64,000 nucleotides of DNA from Ruditapes philippinarum (taxonomy: Eukaryota), in the NCBI RefSeq assembly GCF_026571515.1, contig NW_026857281.1, positions 1 to 64,000 on the forward strand, read 5' to 3'. The notes beneath the pieces are model-generated. The model saw nothing but the letters and a program-made list of their open reading frames with translations. It did no database searches and was not told where the DNA came from. Of the stretch, positions 1 through 13,535 are shown one piece after another. The translations under genes and the position numbers were made by a program. How positions within the stretch are numbered: position 1 is the first letter of the stretch; the number at the start of each line of letters is the position of its first letter.

Positions 1-1844
1 CATGAAAAATTGTGTAGTCGACCTCTACCAAGATTGTTTTAATTTTAGCCCTGGGATAAAATTTGCCTTGTGCGAGGGTTGGGGAAGGGAGTCATTAATT
101 TTCGTTATGTACTTGTAGTAAAAAGTTAAGAATGTACAAGGCTAGAGCTTAGGGCTTTGATGCCTAAATTTTGTCAAGTACAAATGCTTTTATTTTGAAT
201 CAATAATTGCACTATGAAGTGAATTTTTTCCAGTGAATGTGCTTTTCATGTTAACGAAAATGTTCACCTAATTTTTAAGTCTGCTGAATGATTCAATACC
301 ACAAACTCGCATGTTGGTCTTGTTTTTAAAGTAATAGATAAAAACACTGAAGACTCTATTTTACTATTTCAGTATTGTATACTGCAGATAATAAACAGGT
401 CTTTGCAAACTGATTTCTGTATTGCTCTTCAGTTTCGCAAACCATATAGTCTTGCTTGGAAAAACACAGCACTAGTCTGTAGGAACAACACCTTTTTCTT
501 GTCCTATTAATAACTTGAGAAGAAATAAGCCTAGATTTGTGTTCGGAATTTACTGTAACCAGAAGATGACTTCTATTGAGTTCAGTAGATTAAAATCACA
601 TGGTCTTGATAACACAAATATATAAGCAATATATACCTCAGTGCTTGCAGCGCTTTGATTTTAGTTCTTAAGGCAACTGATCAGTAGATCGATTTCGCAT
701 TACGACCACTTCTGTCAGACAATTGTGTATCAAAACATTAACCTGTATTACGACCATGTAAATAATGACCACACAATACCACTTGTTCATTGCCTACTCC
801 CTTATTCATCTGGTGTAAAGGTCAGATTACTGTATTGTAGAATAGCCAGCAATTTGCCGCACAAATCAGGAAAAACCTAAAGTTCAAAAGAGATCAGTTG
901 ATTGGATGCAAATGTTAGCGAGTATGGAAATTATTTAAAAAAAACTAACACTGCATTGTTTCTTTAAGAAAAGGAACTGTTTCATGAGTCTCTACGATAC
1001 TATTTTTCATTTAAATACATGTATTTCAGTTTAAAGGTAATCATTGTTGGGGACATTTACCGAAATTTTTTGTCTGTAAACCACATAAAGCAAGATTATT
1101 TTAATGAGTCAGACATACATTCTCCTTAAAAATTCACATCTTCAGCATGCATACTCAATTTTAAGGTAGGTTTAGCGATTATGTAAGTCTACGAAGAAAA
1201 AAACAGCTCTCCCCAAAATGAATACAGTAGTAAGTCTGACCAAATACACTGATTCAAATGACGCTTGGTTAATGGATAAGCATTCAATCGTCAGCATGAT
1301 TGAGATTCAGCTATGGTGTGAGTCATAGAAACAACAAGTATTAACATTTACAAAAATGTTTGGAATCGCCAAGCTAGATTTTGAGATGTTTTTTATTCTG
1401 AAAGAGAATCTGGGAGATATTGCCCATATTTGATCATAAGTAAAATATCACAATAATTAAATGCGTAGTACTATTACATTTTCATAGAATTAAACTAGCC
1501 CGTAAAAAATCTATTAAGTTATTAATTTGTTTTCTTAAATTTCAAGTGCAAAAATAGAGAAGCAAGATATCTCAAAAGAGAGTCCAAAACAGCAAAATTG
1601 AAAATATTGCAGGCTCGGTTTGATTTAGCGTGTTCATGGTTGAACGGTCAACTACCGTCCATAAAATGGTAAACTTTCGAATTTAGAAACATCCGTAGAT
1701 GTGTTTATACGGCGGTTATCATGGAACTTTCAATGTGACACGTAAGTGCCATTCCATAAAAAGCGGCGTTTGGTCCCTAAGTAATACAAAGTGTGTTCCC
1801 TAAAAGCCTGTATATCGCAGAGAAGACGTCAAAAGACTAAGTAA

Positions 1845-3027
1845 AATAGAAAAGTGTCCATAGGACACGGGTGCCCCCACCGCGCCACTGTTTTGTCAAT
1901 TTTATGACTCTCGGTCAAATATTTTTTGAAAACTAAAAATCTTTACTAAGTAAAGGGCAAGAACTTTCCTTGTTGATCTTGTTTATCATATTTTACAAAT
2001 ACTGAATAAATCCACAAGCAAACCCCAAGGTGCATTAGTATACATGCTGACCAACATTCTTGTAAACTTTCAGGCCTACAAGTGAAATACTTTTTGAGCT
2101 ATGCATGAACAAGTTGAAAATTGCAAATTTATACTGCTGTAAGTCAAGGGCAATAACTCTAACAAAACTGAAAAAAATCCACATGCAAAGTCCCAGGTGC
2201 ATAGCTTCACAGTGATGTGAATCATTATTCCTGTAATTTAGTGATGTTGATCATTATTCCTGTAAAGTTCGTTGATTCTACCTCAAGCACTCAAGGAACA
2301 AATAACAACATAATGAAACGGTTTTTACTAAGTCGAGGGAAATAACTCTACAAATACTGGATCAATCCACAAGCGAAACCCAAGGTGCAAAACTAAATAT
2401 GCTGAGCAACCTTCCCGTAAGGTTTAATGACTCTCGGTCAAATCCTTTTTGAATTACATGCAACACAAGTTGAAAATTGCAAACATTTTATAAGTCAAGG
2501 GCAATAACTCTAAAAATACTTAATAAATCCAGACGAAAATGCCCTATGCATAACTACACATGCTGATCAATATTCCTGTAAAGTTTCACGACTCTATGTC
2601 AAAAACATTTTTAGTTTCATGCGACACAAGTTGAAAATTGCAAAATTTTACTAAGTCAAGGGCAATAACTCAAAAAACACTAAACATATCCAGATGAAAA
2701 TACCCAGGTGCACAACTACACATGCTGATCAACATTCCTGTAACGTTTCATGACTCTATGTCAAATACTTTTTGAGTTACGAGCGACACAAGTTGAAAAT
2801 GGTCAAATTGTTACTAAGTCAAGGACAATAACTCGGAAGTAAACTAAAAATATTCAAATGAAAATACCCAGGTGCACAACTACACATGCTGATCCTGTAA
2901 AGTTTCATGACTCTAGGTCAAATACTTTTTGAGTAACGTGCGACACAAAAGAGACGGACGGACGGAAGGACGGACGGACGGACAATGGTTAATCTAAATG
3001 CCCGCCACTAAAGTGGGGGCACATAAA
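1845..3027 (+). mobile_element. Helentron-like non-autonomous (HINE/pearl-type) element carrying a satellite of about 162 bp
   Basis: 5' gtgtcc-ata-ggacac...gtgccccc, about 6 units anchored on aagtcaagggcaataactc, (GGAC)n microsatellite at about 2952-2982, 3' hairpin gcccgccact-aa-agtgggggc. Confidence 0.8.
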
Positions 3028-6000
3028 GCAGGCAACATATCATAAGTGTGATATAACATTATTCATGAAAAAATACTGGAACCATCTAACTAGAAAATGC
3101 CAAAAGTTAAAACTTACAATACCACGAACAACAATAATGTCGTTTAATAAAATCTTTAAGAATCGGAATATATAACATCCCTAATTGAATGTACGAGGAT
3201 TGGAAAGGAAACAAATTATAATCTTATTGAGACTACATTTTCTAATCAGAAATGACATGCAATTTGCTTGAGCATTAAGACTGGTACTGTGTTCTTACAT
3301 TGATAATGGCATGTTTCAGTTATACTAATAAGAAACTCGACAAATATGGCCGTTAAGTGAGGCCATTTACGCATACATTAATGCGCAATTTTTTTAAAAT
3401 CCAATTAGAAATAACATTACTTTTGTCTGGCGACGAACATCAGTGGAACTTTATTTACGGTGATTGGGCGTTTGCCACAACTTTTCCGCGCAACGTCAAA
3501 ATATTATCCTTCTGACCGAGACACCTTATATTTCTGTACAAAATATTAATGGCGGGATAACCAAATTGCAGGTAATAGCTTGCAAATTATCTTTCTGCTG
3601 GACATTGCAAAATTATTCCAACTGTTTAAGTATTCCATCGAATTTTTTAAACAATTTATCCTTAATCTAGCACAACAAAATTCACAAAAAATGCATACTT
3701 CGAAGAAATAGTTTTTAAAAAAGATCGTGTCTCCCTAAACATGTCTCGTACTTGTCACAAAAACATGTGTTATAACGACGATGTATTTGTTCTTTGACCT
3801 AATGAGCTCGTATATATATTACGGTTAAGCATAAATTCAAGATCCATACAAAATTGTGTGTTTCTATTGTAAGTTTTAGGGAATATATGTTGAAAAAAGG
3901 ATTATTGACCAGCATATTGGAGCACCGTACAACACTGATCTCAAATGCCGCATTCTTGTTCCGTTAGACCGATAAATACTGGCACCATTTTCTTTTGCAC
4001 AGTACTTTATAAGTTACTGTAGAATTATATAGATCTTCTTACAAATATGTTTTATTTGATGGAATACTGTTTACTTGCTGTTATGTTGATGTTATCACAG
4101 TCATGTTATTTTATGGAACAACTTCAGAAGGTCTGATCTATGTAAATACTACCAGTTAGATAAGTGCAATGGTATCTATATGGATAAGTAAGTCTTTTCT
4201 TTTTCGAATTTATTCAGGCATGGAAGGATCATTCTTCAACCGAGGTTACCAAGCATTGAGTTGTGTAAAGTGTTTCCTTCAATAATCATTTCCCAACTGA
4301 TTCAGATGATTCATCGATTAACTCAATCTGGCCAATACTTCCGTCAGACGACACTAATACATTTACACATACATTAACATTTTCACAACTGACATATGCA
4401 ACAATTTATTAACTAAATGCTAGCTGTCTAAAATATCAGATTAGATTGTACCTAATGTACTCGATATACTTTCATCCCTTACGAACATGAAAAGATCTTT
4501 TGGGTAGGGGCAAATTTGTTGGCTAGGTAGGTAATGGGAAAGAAATGAAATTTTATTTTAGGCCCTATGTGGTACATTTAGCATATCGTCCTGAACTGCA
4601 GGGAGGATCTGATCAATTGGCGTACTGCTGATACAAGAAGGCTTAGTTGGGCGCTCCCTAGTTGGCACACTCATACTCCAACATGCTTCAACATGCTTCA
4701 GTAACTCCTGAAAGTAAATGTAGTTTTGCCAATTTCGCACATTGCTTTGGTTTGTTCAGATATAGGTTTGAACGTCTCCTTTTTTCTGAAAGCAAACAAA
4801 AATTTTGTCAAATGTCAAAAATAAACGGTGCTAAAAATACAGAAAATGCGGTGATTTTAAGGACGAATAAAGCGGTGTCCTAATCTTATAATTGTCAAAG
4901 TTGTGCGGTGTATTAAAATATACACATGGAAACATAAAAATCATGCCAAATATACAAAAACGGGTAATTTAGGTGGTGTAACTTGTTCAAACGACAATAG
5001 TGTACATATTTATATTGTATCTTGACCGGTTATATAGACTGAACGGACGAGAAAGACGTTATATTTATAATTAAAGCAATATCTTTTTCAGCATGCCCTA
5101 AATGTTTTCACTATCCTGACTTAGTTACACTATCCTGACTTAGTTAGTGAAGTATTTTGCATGTAGTAAAGATAAATAAGTTTCAGATTGAATGGCACAT
5201 TCGATGAAAAAGAAGAAATGATGATTTTACCTTGTTTTGAGCAAACAATCTTCTGTTTTTGTCTCGTTTACAGGCTTGCTGTCCATTTTGTGTGACAGAA
5301 AAACACGGTGTCTGGGACAGAAGTAAGATATTTTTGACGTTGCGCGGAAAAGTTGTGGTAAACGCCCTATCACCGTGTTATTAAACTTTTGATTTAAAAG
5401 TGTGATCTTGACTCTTGAACTAGAAACCCGATTGTTGCGCACGACACATTACCACTATGTTCAAAGCATTTATGCATAACATGTTTTTACATCTATCTGT
5501 CAATTAACACACATGTATTGTTAATACAAAAAGACTAAATGTTCCGAAATAGAATATCATGCTACTATTCTACGAATGAATTTTAACCGTTTGGCACTGA
5601 TTCCGTGCATGTGCTATTCACTCTTAAAGGAGTATACACAAATATTTTTTATACACCTTGTAATAAGGGACCTTAGAATAATTAATTTTCATGATTCAAA
5701 GAAACATGTTATACACTATACACTATTATAGAAGAAATATAACTTCCTACACTTTAAATAGTATAAACTAGAAAAATATTTCTTTGTCACGATAAATTAT
5801 CTCTTTATTCAGAATACCTTCACTTAATTATATGATACATATGTCTCCCAGTTGCTGAAAATGAGATGAATAAAATAAACAATAAGTTCCTCAAAATAAA
5901 AGAAAATTTCTTTAAATGAAATAAATCAATAAATACGGACAATTATGTTTACATAAAATCGTAATCTTACTATCGTTAAGTACGAGATAATTTTCACTTA

Positions 6001-6949
6001 AAGTGGCACTGTGCACGTCGAAGTGCAAAAGGTCAGTGCAGAAACTTTTCCATTATTGAGTTCAATTTTTATATTACATTTATTTATGACTGATTTATTT
6101 ATTTATTTATTTAAGTCTTATCTTTACATGTATACATAAAATATATATAAAACATAAAACACAAACATAAAATACATGAAAAGCCATTCTAAACAGTATT
6201 ACAAGAGACTATTTACTTATGTAACTCCACAGACCATATCACAGCAGTTTAATGTCTTATGCACTGAGGAATTGTCCCTCCTACCTACACATTTTTTTAT
6301 TCATTAAAAGCTCATGTTATATTTTAAAGACATAACATCAATATTTTCACACGATTGTATGTTTTTCTTACAGAAGTTAACATTGTGGTATAAAATGGGA
6401 CACAATGACTTAAACAATAGTAAACGTTTAAATGTGGACATAATGAATGGTAAGAGAAATAATTGACCATTTTCATTTAACATTGGAAAGTATGTAATTT
6501 GTTATACTTTATACTTGACATTCTAAAAATGTTACCAACTTAATTATATATCAATGACTTACTAAGGTTTGTTTTCCTCAACATAATTTACATAAACATA
6601 TGCTCTATCAATACAATAATACATTGGTTTAGTCATACAGATGCAACATATATTTGTCCAATATATAATGTTATGGTCGTTAATACTTAGAATTATAAAT
6701 CAATTAATGACATTTTTAAAACCATATCCTGTCAAATAAATGTTTCTAAGACTCTTTAATTATAAAATTGTGCACTGTCCAATTAAATTTAACTAAGGCA
6801 ATATAAAGTATAAAATAATATTCATTTTTCGAAAAAGTAAGTAACAATGTTTGATAGTTGCAAGAGATAACAGTCTTAGTGTAGAAAAAGCATTCATCTT
6901 GGAACCTACATTCCAGTAAAAACATTTATCTCTTTTGTTTCTTTTATAT

Positions 6950-7110
6950 ACAATGCACATACCTTAAAGTAAGATAGTATTTCGCAATAAACTCCAGTTC
7001 CAAAAGTTGTCTTTAACTGCATATATTTGCGCAGTTTGGTGCCACCGACCCCATTTCCACTTCTTTTTGATGTAATATTAACATTCCACTTTGCAATGAA
7101 ACATTGCATT
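6950..7110 (-). mobile_element. Old LINE ORF2 C-terminal remnant (RTE-X-like)
   Basis: FIAKW...GNGVGGTKLRKYMQLKTTFGTGVY resembles the W...KLRTY..FK..F..E.Y motif. Confidence 0.45.
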
Positions 7111-8269
7111 GTTCTAGATATAATGTTTTCTAACAGCTGTTTTTGATATCATATTATCAATATAACATACTTCTATACTTCTGTCAAGATTATAAACAAT
7201 TTATTTTGTTCCGGAAAAAAAAGTTTTTTTCTTCAGGTTTTAGCTCTACTTCTTTAAAATAAAATAAGTATACTGCATATATTTATACTGTTAGTTTTAA
7301 AACATTTGCCTCTACTAAATCCTCTGATATATAAAAGGATAAGGGCACAGCAAACATTAAAATAATCGTAACAGCCATACCTTTAATTCACTATTTACCA
7401 TGAAAAAAATATGGAAACACTATATTTTACTTTAACAAACTTTCTGTAAGTTGATAGGCAATGCTTAAATATTATCCAATAAGACAATATCAATAGTGAG
7501 GTTAAATCAATACAAACATCATCATTTCAGATATAATGTAGGTATGCATGATAGTCTGATTGACTACTATGAGTCTCAATAAAAATAGGGCTTTGTAAGT
7601 TTTTGTCTGGTGAAAATGATTGAAATATTTATTCTGCATAGTTATCTTTCGAATTAAACTTAAATATATTTTACTGAAGTTTTCCTTTGTTAGAATATTA
7701 ATAGACTTGCTCAGTATACATGCAGTTAAAAGCAAACATATGGAGTCATATTTCAATCATGGTTAGACATGTAGGATTGCTAACTTGCAGGGGAAGTGAA
7801 AAGAAATCAATTCGTATCATTATGAAAACACGCATTATGTTATTTCCATTACCTTGCATAATATGAATGATTAAATGTAAATCATATGTAATGTATTTAA
7901 AAGAAAATATTTTTTTAATACAATTCTTCTTCTTATACATAAAAAATTTGGTACCTTCTTTCCGTTTCTGATATGTTTCTTCTGACATCTCCGCATTGGC
8001 ATCATTGTAGCTTGCTGAAATTTGTTTTCCAAATGTAATTAATGTTAATGAATAAGTAAGCTCGATTTCAAATAAGATTAAATATATTTTATGTAATAAT
8101 TATGTCCTTCAATAACATTATAGCTAGACGCTTTGTATCTTAATTTAATCATTTTAAAAAGTGTGAAAAGGTAAATTAATAAATAAGAAGAGAAAGTTGT
8201 AAAAAAATAGAACAAAAACTGGCAAATTTATAGATACTCCGGCAGCAAAACTATAAACAAACTATGTAT

Positions 8270-8686
8270 TTAAAATAATTCAAGCAGTGCCTTACGTCTT
8301 TGTTCCACAGCTTTCTGTACCTCTTTTATAACATTTTCGGCCTCTTTGGTAACCTTTTCAACTCCTTCATTAGCAGCAGTTTCTAGTTTTTGTTTTTCCT
8401 TTTCTGTCTGATTCTCTATCTCTTGAATTGATTTTTGTACTCTTGCATCAAATGCATCAACACACGATTTTAATGCATCGTTCAGCTGCGTAAGTGAAAC
8501 ATTACCTTTATCTTCAATATCTTTAACTTTCAAGTTAACAATGTCAATCAGCAATAACTTCTGTTTCTCAGTCTTATATTTGTACTCATCGATCTCATTT
8601 CGTATTTGCTCTTGAACCGTTTTCCCTACGTCTTCCAAAACTTTACGTACAACGTCTTTACCAATAATCAAATCATCAGTTTGAAG
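8270..8686 (-). CDS. CXorf38-like gene, terminal exon (coiled coil)
   Basis: tttcag|CTT CAA ACT GAT GAT TTG leads in frame into ORF 8270..8671; E/K/Q-rich helical sequence. Confidence 0.8.
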   Translation of the reverse strand, partial: LQTDDLIIGKDVVRKVLEDVGKTVQEQIRNEIDEYKYKTEKQKLLLIDIVNLKVKDIEDKGNVSLTQLNDALKSCVDAFDARVQKSIQEIENQTEKEKQKLETAANEGVEKVTKEAENVIKEVQKAVEQRRKALLELF

Positions 8687-10289
8687 CTGAAAGTTTGAAA
8701 AGCTGTGTCAGCATGATAGGAAGTAAAAAAATTATTTTCATTTTCTCCGTTCTTCGAAACGTATTTTCTGATCACATAGCAGCATTGCATGCTCAAGTTA
8801 TCCTTCTATCCGGAGCTTGTGAGAACAAAGTAAAGAATAACATTCAAATCTATTTTTAATTCAATTGTAATAAAATGCTTAAGCAACATATGTCTAGACA
8901 CATTTGCATTATGAAACTGTCTTTTTTGAAACTGAATTTTAAAATGATGTGCACAATTCGAAGTTAAATCTGTATTTTCTTTGCTCTCTTGTTATAAGTT
9001 AATCTTGAAACAATATCTATCAGAAGATATAGTAACATTGCATGTTCAAGTAGTGCTTCAATTCGAAGCTTTTGAGAACAGAGTAAAGAATCATAAATTG
9101 TTTGTTTGAATCTATTTTATACTTTCAATTGTGTATATATGCCATTATAGTAACATATGCCTTTATATATTGGCAAAATGAAAACTGTTTCACAAAATCT
9201 TTTTAAACTTTGCATTATTACCATTTTAATTTTTAAACAATTTGTGGACGGGAAGATCATTTACAAATTAAATTTGCAAGGGCTTTTAAGATTTCTAAAT
9301 TAAAACAATTTTAACATATCGCAAAATGTCATGGAACAACAGGATGACTAAAATGAAATAATCTTACCTTTGACAGTTTCTGAATTACTTTATTTGATGA
9401 TTTATTCATGGCTACGAATCCAGGATCAGTCAAAATATCATTTAGAATGACAAAATACTGTGAGAGATCTGTATCTTCTACTTCAAGATTAGGAGAATGT
9501 CTGACAGCTTTACCAACATCTCTACCCTTAATTGAAATATGACAACTAATGTAAAGACAGCGAATAACCAGTTCCTTGTTTTATTTCTACGTTTTTAAAT
9601 ATGTACTTACATTGGAAATTAAATCAAATTGTTTTTGCATGTTAAGCAGCGATTATTTGATATTGCAAATACTTGTAAAACAATTGTAAATTATCGTTTA
9701 AAGATAAAAGTATTACCTTTTCAAATATGTTCCCCTTTTTAGACAGGTCATCCTTTATTTTCACTTCAAATTCTTTGTGATTGATTATGACACTGATGAT
9801 GCCATTAAAATCAGTTTCGGCTGCACTCGATACATTGGCGTAACCATCAGGAGGGAGAAAACACTTTGCGATTTCCCAAGTATCATTGCACCACTTGGTT
9901 GCGTCCGTGTTTTTATATGATGGGCCTTGGAAACGATGTGCATTTTGAATCTCAGATTTCATACGATCGCAAATTTTGTTGGGGCAGCCGGATGGACGAT
10001 ACTGTGTCGCAAAATTTCTATGGTATTTACATTTCCCACGTTTGGCATTGCAAATTCTGTCGGTAGGGCAAACAATAACATTTTCTGTGTTACAAGTTGT
10101 ACATATGCTCCCAACTGGTAAGCCATTTGTTGTGCAAATGTCTTGTAGACACCTACGCTGGAACTGTTCTATTTCATCTTGAACAACAGGCTCAATCTCT
10201 TCTTTTGTAAAATGCACAGCCAATGCCGCCTTTATCCAATTAAGAAATTTCGATTTTGATAATTTGTGATCCGTAAGTACTGAAGCCAT
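8270..10289 (-). CDS. CXorf38-like (DUF4559, HEPN-like fold) protein with C-terminal coiled coil; 3 coding exons 10289-9717, 9526-9368, 8686-8270; about 382 aa
   Basis: Exon 1 has family-typical motifs (NWIKAALAVHFTKE, CPNKIC, KNTDATKWCNDTWEIAKCFLPPDGY, ETDFNGIISVIIN). Donors AAG|GTAATA (9716) and AAG|GTAAGA (9367), acceptors TAAG| and TTTCAG|; all phase 0, exon lengths 573+159+417 nt, no internal stop. Exon 2 = GRDVGKAVRHSPNLEVEDTDLSQYFVILNDILTDP... Confidence 0.8.
8776..9200 (+). repeat. Diverged tandem duplication (period about 254 bp) in intron 2 of the CXorf38-like gene
   Basis: cattgcatg.tcaagt...gct..tgagaaca.agtaaagaat near 8780 and 9035. Confidence 0.75.
9368..9526 (-). CDS. CXorf38-like gene, coding exon 2 (53 codons; not in ORF track)
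   Basis: AG/GT-bounded 159-nt open frame containing the AVRHS motif. Confidence 0.85.
9717..10289 (-). CDS. CXorf38-like gene, coding exon 1 (191 codons)
   Basis: ORF 9642..10289 up to donor GTAATA after NIFEK. Confidence 0.85.
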
Positions 10290-10477
10290 TTTAATTTGTT
10301 ATTAGGAGAAAACTTCCATCCCAATTTCTAAAATAAAAACCTGTGTATGCTAATTACCTTATTCTGTGTAACTATCGATCATATTCATTTCTAATTTAAG
10401 ATTATAAGTTTATGTACTAAGAGAACTTTTCCTGGCAAACAGTTTTAAAAATTGTGGGACTAATAAAAGCTTATAAA

Positions 10478-10745
10478 GTTGCTACTGAAGTCATGGATTC
10501 TTACAAAATTTCAGTGGTGGTTATGGAAGCCAGTGATTGTTATGGAAGTTAATGCTATGGAAATGACTTATTGCTATTGAAGTAAATGGTTGCTTTCGAA
10601 ATCACTTGATGCTAAGGAATTAATTGATTGCTAAAAGGACTGATCGCTATGGAAATTTAATTGTAGTTATTGTTATCAATAGTTGCTATGACAATTGGTT
10701 TCTAGGAAAGTCAATGGTTGCTATCATTGACACTGGTTGCGTAAC
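10478..10745 (+). repeat. Degenerate tandem array with a unit of about 19-20 bp (gttgctatggaagtcaatg)
   Basis: Recurring ttgcta/tatggaa motif at roughly 20-bp spacing. Confidence 0.7.
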
Positions 10746-10928
10746 ATTCTGTTGGTAACATTCACTTATGCTCTAATCTTTGACTGTTAGTTGGCTACAT
10801 TATGTACGAGTGAAAAGTTCGGGTTTAAAAGGCCAGTCATAACAAGTCGCTAATTTTATTTCCTATTCGTTTTACGTAATATTTCCCCTTTACAAATATA
10901 TTTCACAAGTTAAACGAAAATATTAAAT

Positions 10929-13535
10929 ACAAGAGGGCCATGATAGCACTGAGTCGCTCACCAGAAACAACTGCTTTTCAGTGTTGGAAATTATTTTTCA
11001 AAAGAACTTGCTAAAAGGCAAGTCCAGCTCTTTCGGCAAGCTCAGCTCAACTTTAACTTGCCCCTCTAGTAAGTTACTTTCACAACACTGATTGTTTTAG
11101 CTTTCTTCCTCATAATTAACAATAGGGCCACTGAGATGGCCCTAGATGACTCATCTAACCCATCATTTCATTATTCACTATATAAATTGTAATATTTTGC
11201 CATAATATTTTGGAAAGGATTTGTGAAAAAGATGTATGTTGCAAGTGTGTTCCTATGAGACTATGTAGAATAAATGCAGAATAACTGACCACTAGAGCAG
11301 GATTAATGTTGATTGGACAATCTTTTTTATAACTTTTTTTGAATGAAAACACAAAATGTCACATGCAAAACATGTAAATTGTAGAGGTTTGAAGTTCACA
11401 GTTTGGGACAACAAATTTTTTATACCTTCTGTATGGTTCCATAACTGTACCTCAAAAAAAGACAATAGGTCAAACATTGTAAAAAATATGAAAAGTAGAC
11501 CAGTTGATATAAAAATTTACACCCCTAGATCTCATCCAAATTTCAAGTCTGTATGTAAAAGAACACAAGAATGAACGTAAATTATATCAAAAATATCCGA
11601 ATTTAAAAACTGAATGTCAAAATACAAGAAAGAGGGTCAAATTGTGTCAATAATACCTAAAGTAGGTCAGCTGGTATCAAAATTGAATTCAACATCAAAC
11701 ATTACACCCATAGTCCTTATTTCAAGTCTGTACATAAAAGACAAAAAAAGTAGGTAAAGCGATATCAAATATATCAAAAGTAAGCCAGTTTATATCCAAA
11801 TTCAATTCAGGATCAGAAATTAAACCTATTGTCCCTTGTTAATTCCACAAAAAAAATAAAAACATAACAATTTTTAACAAAATTCAAAAAAAAATTAAGC
11901 ATACAAACTCATCTTTAATAGTAAAGTACAGGAGAAACAAATTTCATGTTTCTTTAGGCCTATTTTTTTTCCTGGTTAATGACCTACAACTGACCTTACA
12001 ATGATGCACTATGATGTCCGAATTCCAGAGCTGAAAGATATTTACACATAATAAACAGGTCACCCAAGCCATTTAAATTTATGAAATTCTTACTGAAAAT
12101 GTCTTATTTGGATAAAAGAATTAATAAAATGTGTATGGAAAACTGCATATGCTATTATAGGCCAAGTAAAGATGGTATTTTCTATAAAAAAACAACAGTT
12201 TTTTAATGACACTATCATTATATTTATACTGTGACCACCTATAGTGTGAAGAGTTTAAAACATAACATGTCTACTTTGTGTGAAGTCAAAACACGTTTAT
12301 TTTATATTTATAGACTGTGTATCAATTGTCAATATTTTCTAATATAAACTTTTGAGCATAGAATATCTTAAAACTTTAATTTAAAGAAATGCCATGACCT
12401 AGTGCATTTAAGCTTTAGCTTAAACAGGACCAATCAAATTAATATGAGCAAACTTAATAAAACACTACCTAAGAATGCTACAAACAAAGTTTGATGATCA
12501 TCCATCAATTAGTTCTGTAGAGTTTTTTTCTATTTTTAGCCCTAGAGATCCCTTTAAAGGGGCCAATCAAATTAATATGAGCAAACCTGATAAAAGACTA
12601 CCTAAGAATGCTACAGACAAAGTTTGGTGACCATCCATCAATTAGTTCTGTAGAAGAAGACGTTTAAAGGTATTTCTATTTTTTAGCTTTAGCGGCCCTT
12701 AAAAGGGGCCAATCAAATTAATATGAGCAAACTTGATAAACGACTACTTAAAGATATACTATGCACATCTTTGGGTAAATTATTTTAATCGAAGAAATTT
12801 ATTAAAACCTATGGAATTCTTACTGAAAATATCTAATTTAAATAAAAAATGAATAATAAACTATATTGGAAGTCACATTCTCTAATACAGGACAAGTAAA
12901 GTTGGTATTTTCTTTAAAAAACTGCCAGTTTTTTTAACGACACTTTATTTTCATATTGTGACAACCTATGTGTGTATAGTTTTAAACATGACATATTAAC
13001 TTTGTGTGAAGTCAAAACATGTTTATTTCATATTTACAAAGAAACTGTGAAGCAATTATCAATATTTTCTGATATCAAATTTGAGCATAGTATATATTTA
13101 AGAATGCTACAGACAAAGTTTGGTGATCATCCATCAATTGGTTCTGTAGAAGAAAATGTCTAAAGGTTTTTCTACTTTTAGCCCTAGTGACCCCTATAAA
13201 AGGGGCAGATCAAATTAATATGAGCAAACTTGATAAAAGACTACCTAAGGATGCTACAGACAAAGTTTGGTGATCATCTATCTTTCAGTTCTGTAGTAGA
13301 AGACGTTTAAAGGTTTTTCTATTTTTAGCTCTGCTGACCCCTAAAAGAGGCCAATTGAATTGACATGAGCAAATTTAAGTGTGACTGTCACAAGGATGCT
13401 ACAGACCAAATTTTAGTTAAATCTGCCCAGCAGTTTCAGAGAAGAAGACTATTGTTGACGCATGACGACGGACGCCGGAGTATCCCCCTTTTGATACTAA
13501 TAACTCACCCTGAGCCTTCGGCTCTGGTGAGCTAA
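10929..13535 (+). mobile_element. Helentron-like non-autonomous element with tandem units of about 146 bp
   Basis: 5' acaagagggccatgat...tcgctcacc, units ggggccaatcaaattaatatgagcaaac, gacgacggacg tract, 3' hairpin ctcaccctgagcc-ttc-ggctctggtgag then ctaaaa. Confidence 0.8.

Noticed and set aside
9642-9716. C-terminal part of ORF 9642..10289
   Set aside because: Intronic read-through beyond the donor at 9716
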